Source: Callorhinchus milii | Taxonomy: Eukaryota | Direction: 5' to 3' | Length of the DNA: 64,000 nucleotides | Assembly: GCF_018977255.1 (NCBI RefSeq) | Contig: NW_024704742.1 | Span: 35,404,001-35,468,000, forward strand | In this document: positions 52,290 to 64,000 of the stretch, piece after piece | Position numbering within the stretch: the stretch's first letter is position 1 | Layout: every line of letters starts with the position of its first letter | The notes under the pieces: model-generated | Database searches by the model: none | What the model was told of the DNA's origin: nothing | Seen by the model: the letters and a program-made list of their open reading frames with translations, nothing else | Translations under genes and position numbers: made by a program

Positions 52290-52690
52290 AATAATAATTC
52301 TAATGCTTGCATCAGGAGAACATCTCAAAGTGTTTCACAGAATTTACTGACAGCGTATATTTTGCAGGCAATGAATGTGGCAGCCAATTTGCACGCAACA
52401 ATATCCCACAAAAAGCCATCAAATGAGTGACCAGTTATATTTGAAACACCAAAGAAAACTTGCTCCTCTTTTCAAATAATGCCTAGTAATCTTTAACATC
52501 AACCTGAACAGGCAGATATGTTTTTTAACATTTCATCTGAAAGGTGGCACATCCAACATTGCAGCACAACCATAGCACTGCATTGAATTATCAGCCTGGA
52601 CTATGTGAGTTAAACATCCCGACATAGAGTTTGAACCTAGAGCCTTGTGAGTCAGAGTGAGAGTACTGCTGACTGAGCCAGGCTGACACC
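52290..52690 (-). mobile_element. Deu-domain SINE, near full length
   Basis: ctttaacatcaacctgaacaggcaga..tcatctgaaaggtggcac..actgagccaggctgacacc. Confidence 0.72.
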
Positions 52691-54608
52691 TGCACAAGCA
52701 CAACATCTGGTGGTATTTCAGATCCTTTATGTAAACTATTCAGCACAACCCAATATAATTAACAAATCAGCATTTTAGAATTTAGCTGGATGATCATATT
52801 ATTTCAATATGTTGTCTAGCTCTAGCATTACTCCAAACATGAAATTGTAGCTTTTGTTGCAGAGGTACGTGGAATGATCTGCATACTGACAATAAGATTA
52901 ATGCTTTTGTGTACTAGTAACAGACCATATTAATGTGTCTTGTGCTGTCCATCCTGCATCATGTACTCTTGTGTAATGGATATACCATGTCAGTCCTCAT
53001 TGCATTGAAAGCCCATTACAGCAATTCTCCACATATATTTGTTCTCAAGGCTGTAAAATGTATTCTTTTTTCTAAGAAACCTTTAATCTCCCTAGTGTAT
53101 TCGTCCCACATTTTTATCAATAGAGGAATTAAGGGGCTTGTTTATGTAAATCCGGGGAAAATGAATTGCAAATCAATCACTGGTGTGATGCACAACTTTT
53201 CTAAAGCTCAGTAAGTGCTTCTGATTTTATCTGTATTTTGCTTATTGTTGCAGTCTTGTTGCTTGACAAATAAAGTGTGCAAGTGCACCACTAGCAAAAC
53301 ATTTAAATATTTTCTCATCAAATTTGTTTTACATGCATCTTTTGAGGACACACACTTTATACTAATTGATCTCACAAAATGTACAATTAATTCACTTTAC
53401 AGTATATTCTGTGAAGAGCTTTGAGATGTCTCGACAATGAGCTAAGGCGCTATATAAAAATGCAAAGATTATTATATTATTATCATTCATTTCATGACTG
53501 TTTGTGGGACATCACTGTTTGCACATTCTGTTCACCATGTTCACTTACAAATGCACAGTTACCACACTTTACAGTAAATCTTGTGAATCATTGTATGATA
53601 TCTTGATATCAAGATTATGATTTATGATATCTTAGAGAAAGGACGTCATGTTTGACAGAAGCAAGTGGCCAACGGATGAAAGTGGTAAGTGGCATGCTTT
53701 ACTCGTTCCATACAGCATTTAGTTTCCTGACCCAAATTGGGAGAAAATAAACAGATGCCCCACCTTGCTGCTCCATTCAGAGAGGATCAAGAGATGATAA
53801 TCCCCAGAAACTGCAGATTTGAGTTCTAACAAAACAGCTTGGGCCCATCAGCAAATTGTGTTGGCATAAGTTTATGATTAATCTGGCACATGCTTAGCAG
53901 CGAGAGTGATCATCCTTCACCAAACACTAAAGAAACCTGTGACATGCTTTTGTACAAACGTTTGTAACACTTACATTTCAGGTCAAATAACCCAACTTCT
54001 CAATATTGTCTCAATGGAAAAATACATATAAATATACTTTACGTTTATATTTTTATGGATGGATGTTTTTAAAGAAAATTACTTTCTATAGGACTAGGAT
54101 TAGTGCGATATAATGACTGGATGTTTCTTTTTACTCCATAATATTTTGGGCTATAACGCTGTGATGTGTATGGCTATCTCCCATTAGATGTCCTGTAAAT
54201 GGATAAACACTTTTAACAGAACATGGATTTGGATTTAGTAATCCCAAAACACAGATGTTGGAATGGGAGGACCTGTGACTGGTGCATATCCACAAGTCTC
54301 AATATCTCAAAGTGCTTCACAGATGGAGTGGGAGCCCGAGCAAGTTAGAAAAGAGAAGGGTAGGAGTAGTAAGATACAGTCAAACAGGCAGGATTTTAGG
54401 CAGGTTTTGAAAGCAAAGAGGTGTGAGGCAAGACGCAATAAAACAAAGTATTTTTAATGGATTCAATATTTTATTTTTCTTTTGTGTTGCAATATGAAGA
54501 GTTCTGAGATGCTATCATTTGTGAAGGGTGCTATATTTAAGCGAGTTGTTATTATTGCTGTTGTTATTGAAGCCTTGAGAAGGTTTGAAAAGGCTTAATT
54601 TACCAAAC

Positions 54609-55520
54609 ATCCGATTTACCAAACATCTCCATTCTGTCCGCAAGGACAACCCTGAGCTTCCGGTTTCATGCCACTTCAACTCTCCCTCGCACTCTGACCT
54701 CTCCATCCATGGTCTCCTACGCTGTTCCCATGCACCATAGCGCAAGCTCGAGGAACAGCACCGCATTTATCTGCTAGGGGCCTTACAGGCCTCTGGCCTC
54801 AATATTGATTTCAATAATTTCAGACCATAACAGCTCATTTTCCCCCTCCCCCTCTTCTGTGACCATTAATAATCTTTGCATTTGCTTTAGTGCTTTTCAT
54901 GTCTTCTAGACGTCTCAAAGCGCTTCACAGAATAGACTAATGACTATATTTGTGGGCGAAATGCGGCAGCCAATTGCACACAGCAGTGTCCCACAAACAG
55001 TCATGGTTTGAAGTGACCAATTTGTTATTGTTTTATTTTCTTGAGGGATTATTACCAGGCGTGTGGAGTAAGGAAAGGTTTCACTCTGCTGGGAATCAAA
55101 CCCAGGTCTCTCGCTTGCAAAGCGAGTAATCTAACCACTGAGCTACAGGACTCCTCACGAGGATTTATAGATATTTTTTATTACCACATCTGGGTCCCAG
55201 ACACACATTTTCTCTCTCTGGTCTGCCTGTTTTTTGCAATTTCCACCCCCCACCCCCCTTTGTTTTTCATCATTAAATGCCTATTTAACCCATCATCCCC
55301 TGTCCTCCACCCCATTTTCTCCTTTGTCTTCCTTGCTCTGCCTCCCCACTCTATGTTAGTCCTTAAAAGCCTCTCTCTCCCAACATGCCGGTTCTTTCGA
55401 AGGGTCGTGGACCCGAAACATTGACTCACTTTCCTTTCTCCATAGATGCTCCATGACCTGCTGAGTGTTCCCAGCGACTTCTGTTTTTGTTTCAGATTTC
55501 CAGCATCTGCAGGATTTTGT
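54609..55520 (+). mobile_element. Penelope-like retroelement 3' fragment (GIY-YIG endonuclease C-terminal region plus 3' repeat), split by a SINE
   Basis: 54609-54830 = IRFTKHLHSVRKDNPELPVSCHFNSPSHSDLSIHGLLRCSHAP*RKLEEQHRIYLLGALQASGLNIDFNNFRP*; 3' segment gaagggtc..gacccgaaac..gatgct..gacctgctgagt..ccagcatctgcag. Confidence 0.82.
54866..55153 (-). mobile_element. tRNA-Ala-derived SINE nested in the Penelope-like element
   Basis: Tail-to-head match to the family, ending ..gagctacaggactcc. Confidence 0.9.
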
Positions 55521-58199
55521 GTTTTGTATTTTGAGGTGGTTAATGTTGTAGCAGAAAGCAGAAATCTGATTTGCATTGTTTCTATTAGTAACAATCAGCC
55601 TGTTAATACTATTGGCATGGGAAGCAACATAATACAGGGGCAAACAAAGCACACAGAGATGGGCATGCTGATAGACATCGTACAAGGGCTACAAAATGAG
55701 ATGAGTGGTCTTTAACAGACCCTATAGCACGAAGTGACCAAGCTTGGGATTTACGGCGCATTGTATTCTAATGTGCAGGGCTTCTCAGAACTCTTCAGTC
55801 AATACGTCACATATGAATGCAGAAATGTTATAGATATAAGATGATCATAGAATCATAGAATTATACAGCACAGAAGGAGGCCATTCTGCCCATTGTTTCT
55901 GTGCCAGCTCCTTGAAAAGATCAAAACTTTTCCTCCAAGTTAATGGATGTTTGTAATCTGACTGCTGTTCTTGTTTCACAGATACAGACTACCTTGTCAT
56001 CAGTCCTTGGTGAGCAAAAGAAAACTATGCTGGCATACACCAAATTGTATATCTGGCACAAAAAATTGTTTTCTCACAGCAAAATGTGTCGTTTCACTTT
56101 AGTTTTTTCCAAGCAAAATATACTTGTAGCTAGAGAAAATGTGGGAAATATTTTAATATCACTTACAACTTCTCAGGACATCTTATCAAATAATATTTTA
56201 ATATCTCTCTTCCAACAATGTGCCGTGTCTTCTGTTTCTGAGATAGGATATTGGAACTGAATTTACATAATTTTAGAAAATTATTCTTTTTACATGAATT
56301 CAGAAAAATACAGAAAATCTGAAAAAAGTAGGTTATGTCACAAAGCCGTCCTGAATTAATCTAGTTCAATGCATTTTAGTGGAACATGCATTGATACAAT
56401 GAAGCTGCTGATATAAAATACACTAGTCAAATTTCTCAATGGATAAGCAGAAGCTCAGTTCTGAGCAAACTCAGAGATTTATTCCAATGTGGGAAGGGAT
56501 ATGCATGATAAAAATGTGTATGGCAACAGCAGACAGTGAAGCTGTAACACTAGGTAGTACTACCAATCATTCAATGGAGGAAGAGTATTACAGAGAAACT
56601 AGAGGGCTATCTTTTATTTTGGGCTGTTCTATTCATTTTCTTAGGACCAAAACTTTGTTCTGGTATTAGGTAAAAATGTAGAACTTGAAAAATTGAACCT
56701 CCCCATCACCAGATATTTCAGTTGCTGGTTTAAGAGAAGTTCAGGAAAACTCTTTATATTGGACTCACATATTAAACAGTTCCAGCACTTACCTGTTTGC
56801 CCCGATGCCCTGTTTCCATTGATGACAACTTACATGGCTAGTGGCAACCAAATTAACATATATTAATAATGTGGGTTAGCATTGAGAGGGAATTTACATC
56901 CCATTTTTCACCAAGTTTGTGCAACTGACATGTTACCTGAAAAATGTTCTCCTTGTTTATACCTCCCTAATTAATACAAACCACTTCCTCTAAAACAGGA
57001 CCTTCATTATATCACAATTGTTTAATGTGTTTGGAGTGCAATTACTGTTTTTAATACCTTGAGGAGTGCAATAGCATTCTTTCACACAGTAAAGAAGTAA
57101 TAATATTAAAGTTGCTAGTTTATTTCAAAAATATTTTTATCAAAATATTTTCTTGAAAATGTGCTATTATTCTATAAGTTCGTCCTATTGCACTTCAATA
57201 ATTATCACATTGAAAGCTTATAGAACATGATTTTCGTCATTAAAGAATATTACGCTCTCCTTTCTGTATTCCATGGGTTAAATTGTACATTTGAAACTTT
57301 GCAAACAAAATATGTTTCAAAGGAATCCAGTTATTTTTAAAACTTCAAAATTTCATGAAGACTGCAGATTTTTTCTCTCTCTCTTGGTTTGTCTTCAAAC
57401 TTGGCAGCAAACCTTCCTTGTTCCATGAGATGTTTATGTGAGAACATTTGAGAAATATATTTCCATCATCCACGGCGTATTTCCAATTAGGTTTTTGGCA
57501 CTTAAACAAAATATGCTTTGTGCACATTTTTGCGGCTGGGCAAAAGCTAAATAGAAGTACTGTGCTTTTGATCTCTTTAACTTTTACATTCAATTGTTAA
57601 TTTGTTTTTATTATGAAGCAGAGTTAAAGAATGTTGAATTGTTAGCCTGTTAACAAGGGACCCCCAGATGCACAAAATCAACCTTAACTGAACAACTCTA
57701 GGAAGGCAAGCGAAAAAAAAGACTGACGTAGCTCGTGGCTCTATTACTACACGATTGATCTATCGTGGCTTTTCCGCCGTGAGCTAAGTTTTAAAAAAAA
57801 GGCTGGAGATATTGTCAGATTGGACAAATGTCCTGCGAGTGACAAGGCAGAATTTTTACATATTTATAGGTGATAACAAAGTACAGCTCTGTGGGAATTT
57901 TGCCATCAAATAGTTGTCCGGGAAGGAGGAACTTGCTTTGTAGACTGTCCAACTGGCTGGGGAAAAAATAATGAACGTTTATCATTTTATCATACAAGAT
58001 GCATTACTTTACATTTAGTGTTAAGAAAGTAGAGTTTTTAAATCTACTATAAAAGGATTCATGCTATTGGCTTGTGGCTCTGCAAAGCTCTGTATTGAAA
58101 CTTTTCAATTTCTAAATTGGGATGTTGATAATGAATGTTCATCAAGTGTCCTCCCAGAGTGGAAGTCGCTATAGAAATGCGAGTTGTTGTTGTTAATAC

Positions 58200-61100
58200 A
58201 TTATTAAAGAAGAATTTCAATTTGTTTTGCACGAGAAGCTTTGTAACCCTTCCACTGGGTACTTTCAATCTGGGCAGCCAAATGGTGGGAACTCAAGTAA
58301 AACAGACAGTGTCCTGGACTACTTCAATAAAAAAATGTACCTGTGTGTTATTCAGAGATGTAATATACTCACTTTGAACCATTGGGTATTAATGGGCCAA
58401 ATGAAGAAAATGTCCACTATTTTCAACAGACTGAAATAGCATTATTGATTCTGATGTTAAATTTCGACCTGCGCTTAAAAACTACTGGAAATATACTTGT
58501 TGAACAATTTCTTTCATCACATGTTCTTCAGATTATAGTTCAGATTGTACTTCACATTTATAGTTAAAATGGAACACTGAAGACCACCATGAGATTAAGC
58601 CTTGTATGTTTATAAAGTTTGCCGCTTTTGTACTGTGCGAGTGAATGGGTTCAATATTATTTTGTGGCTTAGGGCCTGAAATCATTTAGCATTTTGCAGT
58701 GGTGTCATGGTGCAATAGCAACACATCATTGGTGGGCAGCATTCTCTTCTGTTATCCTACCCATAACATGGAATTCAATGAAGGGAATACAATTATGGTC
58801 TGCCATCTGTACCTTTGAATAGCTGAGAACTCCCTGCATTGTGTCATTTTGCTTCTTGCTATTTGTCCTCCAGATAGGAAATACACATTTCCGCGGCATT
58901 CAGAACCATCTCCTCACCAAAAATCGGCCGTGATGTGACACTGATGTGACACACAGATATTGATTTAAATTAAATTACGTTACCATTCAGATTTGTGAAT
59001 TTGCTAATAATGTTTTATGTTATATTGCAGTGATTTTAACACTAATGCAAAATGTAAATATAATTTCTACTGAGTAAATTCAATGTGGGATTTTATTATT
59101 TTTATTAAAATGTCCCACTTATTTTTGTTTAAAAACTAGAGTTCATGTTTTGCAAAAATGTTCATTGCTGAAATAGATCAGTAAATTCATATTCTTATTA
59201 AAGTATAGGAATGGTTATATTTACTATCTTTTAAATTTATATTTCTACATTTGTTTAAATATATTTTAACATTAAATCTAAATAATATTAATATTTATTA
59301 TTATTAAATATATTTTTGGTTTGTGTTAAGCAATAGTTCTATTTAAATATTAAAGGTCTGATTTAGTGCTTTTGGCACTGGCACTAATTTGCAGATTGCA
59401 CAAGAGAGAAAATGTATTTTGTGTTATTTGTGAAATACATACAAATAAAAGCAAGTTATATTCCAAGGGGAATAAGCACAAATAATTGCTTTTATAACCT
59501 TCCCTCAGAATGAGACGGCAATTTTGTTTAGCTGAGATATCTCTATTTATATATTTGGAAACACTGAATACTCAAAACAGTAAGATTATCCACTAACCAC
59601 AGGTCTGTTGTCTCTTTATATATCATCTAACAAAAATATTATAATTAGTTGAGGAAGGCAAGGGAAAGGTTTTGTTTCAATTTTTGAGTTGGATCAGTTT
59701 TCTGATTTGTTTATTTATTTTGCACAAGTTTAATACAACAAAGCATTATATTTTCTGCGATGAAACACGATAAATTTGCACTGTAATTGCTGAGTAAAGC
59801 ATCACCGTCACTGGAATACTGTGTAAATATTGTACCAATGTAATCCAGGCTCTGTTTCAATGTTGTTTGTTTAAATGTATTAAAAGCATTTTACTCCTAT
59901 TCTTTTAACTTGAAGAACAAAAATGTTCATTGCTCAAATATAGAGTTGTAAATTCATATTCTTATTGAAGTTAATAATAGAAATGTTAATAAATGTACAA
60001 GCTTTATTCATCAGTTTGTTTGAAATATGTAGGTAATTCCAACCAATTCAATTGAAGGAAAAATATATTTGTATATATTGGTGCAGGTTGTTTCATAAAA
60101 TGCAATTCTACTGAATCATTCAATTTCTGTCCTTCAAGAAAAAATGTGGCAGTTTATTTATTAACATTATACTGAGATAAATCTTCGAATTTAGATTGAC
60201 AGTCCGTGAATGTGGAAAAGTGAAATGAATTACTTGGATTTAGCATTATTTCTTAGCAGATAAACTGTCCACTTGGTAACTGCAAATGGAAGTTTTTTTC
60301 TTATAATGCACATTTTAAGGGATAAAAAGAAAAAGGTATGTAAATGAACTGCATTTGTTTGTATTCAGGACAAATACACTCATCTTTCAGCACATTCTGC
60401 TTCATACTGAAATGATGGCTAAACGTATATGCACTCTTCAAACAAGGTAAACTGCACAAATACTGGCTTTAAATACAATTATTACTGGTTATAAAATTAG
60501 GATATTTGGATTGCCTTCAATGTGCTTTACTACAAGGAATATAAAAATAACTAAAATTACACAGCATTTGGGCCTAATCTTATGTGTTTTTAATGTTATT
60601 TTTTAAAGCTAAAAGAATAATCTGTGTGCAAATCTACTTCTTGTTACAATGCCACTTTTCCCAGCTATATTGCACTCAACTGCACGACCGTTTTAAATAA
60701 AATTTCTATTGGTGTACTTACAGGTTCACTTTGGCAATCTTTTTGCAAATGCACAATTCAATGTTTACACATACTGAAATAATCTCATTCATTTCTACTT
60801 TTGCACAAATAGACCTTTTGTAACTTCAGGAAATTGCAACTGGACTGTCTTCGGCAAACAATTCTGATATCTCTCCATATATAAAAAGTTATACAACAAA
60901 TTTATTCCCCCAATATCAAGATGATGTATCTATCTATGATAGGTCAAATTCAGACAATTCTGTATTGTTTGAAATAATGTAATACAAAACTATGTATGTG
61001 ATTTATGTACAAGGAAAATGTAATAAATATAGTTCACTTAAGTTTAATAACCATCATATTGATGCGATTTTGTGCCATTTAATGCCATGTGGTTATCAAT

Positions 61101-63481
61101 GTAAATATGTAGGAATAAGATGAGCTAGCATTTTTTTAAAATTAATTTGAATACATATTGTTTTATAATGGAAGTGTATAACAAAACAAAGTAATTAGAC
61201 GGAGATCTCCAACCAATTTTCATGGGAGTCCAAATTTGTGCCATGCACTACAGTGTAATCCAGCAAAACACAAAACAAATATGATTCATTTAAACTGGTC
61301 TGCTTGTATGAATTAAGAAAATTACCAATTATCTTTATAAAACAAACTGTAAAAACAGTATTATATCTAATGATAAGAGCATAGATCTGTATGAAAGGAA
61401 ACTAATTCAGCTTGTACTAAATTAGTATAACACTCCATTGTGCACAGAGCTTAGGTTACATGGAGACATCCCTAACTATAGGGGAGGGGGACCTTTGGAA
61501 ACGTGCATGAAAAACAAGAGAGATAAAGAGATAGAAACCCTGTCTGTATAAATTCTGATATTCATTGTTTTTTTAAAAAACATGTTCAGAAAATCCAGGC
61601 AAATTTAAAAATTCTAATAACATTTATTTTGTGACAATCTGATAGGTAGCACTTTACAATTTTGCCATTACTGTAAATAATAATGAGCAAAAGATTAAGC
61701 AAGTAGTTATAAACAGAGCTGCTGTGGCAACACCGCAATTTTTTTCATGTAAACCAAAGGAAATATTCATGTCCCATATGATTTTGATGAACAGCTCAAA
61801 AGGATAATTAGACCAGGACTTTTCACTATCGTTCTTCCCATCTCGCGCACTTGCTTGCCCACCAAATGTGAAGTGTTCGCCTGTTCCCTCAAATGTGATG
61901 GTTGTTGAACTTATTTTTAGTGTCATTTGATAAGCTTCTCTGCTCGCAGAGAGACATCCCACTGACCCAGCCACTGGTCATTGTCTATACCAGTTCACAT
62001 CAAAGTAGGCGCGCTTTGTCAGGTTTCGACTCGAATATCCATTTTGCATCTCAAGTACAGTATCGAAAGTGACTGCATCATTCGAGCTTTTTTTCAGCTG
62101 CTGCTTTTTTCTCCCCCACAGTGTTTCCGCTCACACTGACATCATTTGGGATTGTCGTGTTGACAAGACGGTTGGAAAATATTGCATTAAATATATTATT
62201 CCTCAATATTTGGGAAGGGGCTACAAAAGGAATAAAAAACTTGATATTTTGGCTAGAAATAGGGTACCTATTTCTCTATTGTATATAACCAGTGTAAAGT
62301 ACCTTTTAAAATCCAAGCAAAGCAGATACGGTAATAGGTCATTCAATGTCAAAAGGCATAAAAAAGATGAGCAAAATCTTCACAGGCTGCTGCTTGCTGT
62401 TGCCTTTAATTATATTAATTAAACTTTGAAATTCTCATGCAAAGAGAGTTGCTGGCTTGTGACACTGCCGAGCCCTTGGAGATTTGAAGAATGGGAGAAT
62501 ACCAGCATACACAACCTTGGGTTGTAACAGGACTGCTCCGTTCTATTTTATTTATTTCTTTGTTTAATAAAAGTAAGCAGATCAGTGAGTGTGCCCTAAT
62601 ATGATGACGTTTTATGCGCTACTGAACACAAGACCAGAGGAATGGCAAAACACCAGCCACTATCCCAGGGCCTCCGAACATCACCGTCTCAATTTCTGCA
62701 GAAGATCTTTGGTTATAGGCTGTGCTGCTATAAGATAACGCTCTATTAATTCTCTTTCCCTGGAACATAATGAAAGAAAGGTGTCTTCAAAAACTAAAGG
62801 GCAAAGTCTAGCTGATTCCTATACCTTGGGGCATCCTGTCTACATTTTGTCATGCGTGTGCACTTTTCAGTGGAAAATGACAAGATTTACAGTCAGAAGG
62901 CTCCCGTAAGGCATTGTAAAGTGGTGAAGTTGGAAAGATTTTGTGATGTGACATCGCCAAAAGGCAATGAACTTTTGCACTGAGTAGGCCTGGTGGGATT
63001 GCTGCTCCGCCTGTGGCTAATAGGCTCTATTTTGACAATACACTCTGTCTGTAAAATTTGGTTATCCAAAACAGCACACTGTGGGCAAACCACAATCGCA
63101 CTGGAAAGAAAGTTCTAAGTGACCATAAAATGGTAAGAATTGATGGATTTTCTTGTGTGCTTGTTTTGGGTTTCTGCCGTTGCTGAGGTGTCATTACACT
63201 GGGTGTGTTAATTGCGGTGAAAAGCAGATAGAGAGATCATCCGTGAAGTTATCTCGGTATACTTCTCGTAGCGGAGTACTGAGGAAGGAATGTTCGTCAT
63301 TCCAGCTGCAGTTTTGTGACAAGAGCAAATCCAAAGCACAGCAGAGATGATTTATTTCATATATTAGAAGAACCTTTTGCGTAACGTGGTAAATATCCAT
63401 TAAGAGTGCGGATCCCTGCACAGTTCCTCAGCAGGTAATACAGATAATGATGTGACTCAAGCTTCACCGACTTCACTCTCC
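58200..63481 (-). other. Putative long 3' UTR of the ANTXR-family gene; distal end uncertain
   Basis: Follows the stop codon. I see no SINE/LINE copies over about 5 kb, unlike the rest of the window. AT-rich, with - strand AATAAA candidates (tttatt on +) near 61623, 60003 and 59092. Confidence 0.5.
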
Positions 63482-63511
63482 CTAAACTCGGTTGAAGTTT
63501 ATGCACCGGCC
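63482..63511 (-). CDS. ANTXR: Last coding exon of an anthrax toxin receptor family gene (short-tailed, ANTXR2/ANTXRL-like; paralog unresolved)
   Basis: On - strand: gtttctgtctttgcag|GGC CGG TGC ATA AAC TTC AAC CGA GTT TAG = GRCINFNRV*, matching the ANTXR terminal-exon motif GRCINF(T/S)RV. Upstream exons lie beyond the window. Confidence 0.85.
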   Translation of the reverse strand, partial: GRCINFNRV

Positions 63512-64000
63512 CTGCAAAGACAGAAACAATAACAGTGAGTAATATGATGTATAACAATACATATTATATAAATAACTAAGAGCTAAAGTGGAACGTAATC
63601 ATGTTATTAATATATAAATAATTAGAATAGTTAGTATCCTTAAATAAAATACACTAGTGATGCTCCAATTGTAACCAATAACCTGGGTGCAACAGCAATC
63701 ATTTCCCCAGTTTTACACAACCCCAGAATGAAACCAAATAACTAATTTTATATTATGGTGAACTTTATTTCAGATCCTGTTACATGTAACTTGAGTCTTT
63801 AGAACTGATTCTGCTCTTCATTTCATACGTTCCTAATTGTTAGTTATCATTCGATTATATACCTTCAGGCTACGTGACTAAATGCCAAAAAAACTATGAA
63901 AATAATAGATAAGCAACTTATAATAATGAAAATAACTTTCAGAAGACCAGGTGGTGCAGAAGGTTATAACATTATATTTTCACCTGAAAGATTATGGGCT

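Noticed and set aside
61654..63421. Minus-strand ORFs and acceptor-like sites downstream of the ANTXR stop
   Set aside because: No recognisable homology and no consistent donor/phase chain; treated as 3' UTR.
1..64000. CRISPR arrays, operons, rRNA or other prokaryotic systems
   Set aside because: None seen; the sequence is intron- and retroelement-rich vertebrate DNA.

Overview
Vertebrate genomic DNA, not prokaryotic. The repeat content (L2 and CR1 LINEs, a tRNA-Ala-headed SINE, Deu-domain SINEs, a Penelope element) points to a cartilaginous fish, probably a chimaera or elephant shark; this is an inference. Almost every ORF in the supplied track is spurious or a LINE remnant. Main signal: at least eight decayed exons of a glutamine:fructose-6-phosphate amidotransferase (GFPT/GFAT) gene lie in correct order on the + strand across about 48 kb (1511-49391). 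They keep GFPT exon boundaries but carry stops, frameshifts and broken splice sites, so this is an intron-containing, non-processed pseudogene. It lies tail-to-tail with the last coding exon (GRCINFNRV*) and a probable long 3' UTR of an anthrax-toxin-receptor (ANTXR) family gene on the - strand. That mirrors the human ANTXR1-GFPT1 arrangement and suggests a fossil whole-genome-duplication paralog (ohnolog) of GFPT1/GFPT2. Inside the pseudogene is an apparent bidirectional promoter (about 20760-21230) with divergent splice donors. All homology calls are by eye against remembered sequences; no searches were run, and repeat boundaries are approximate.
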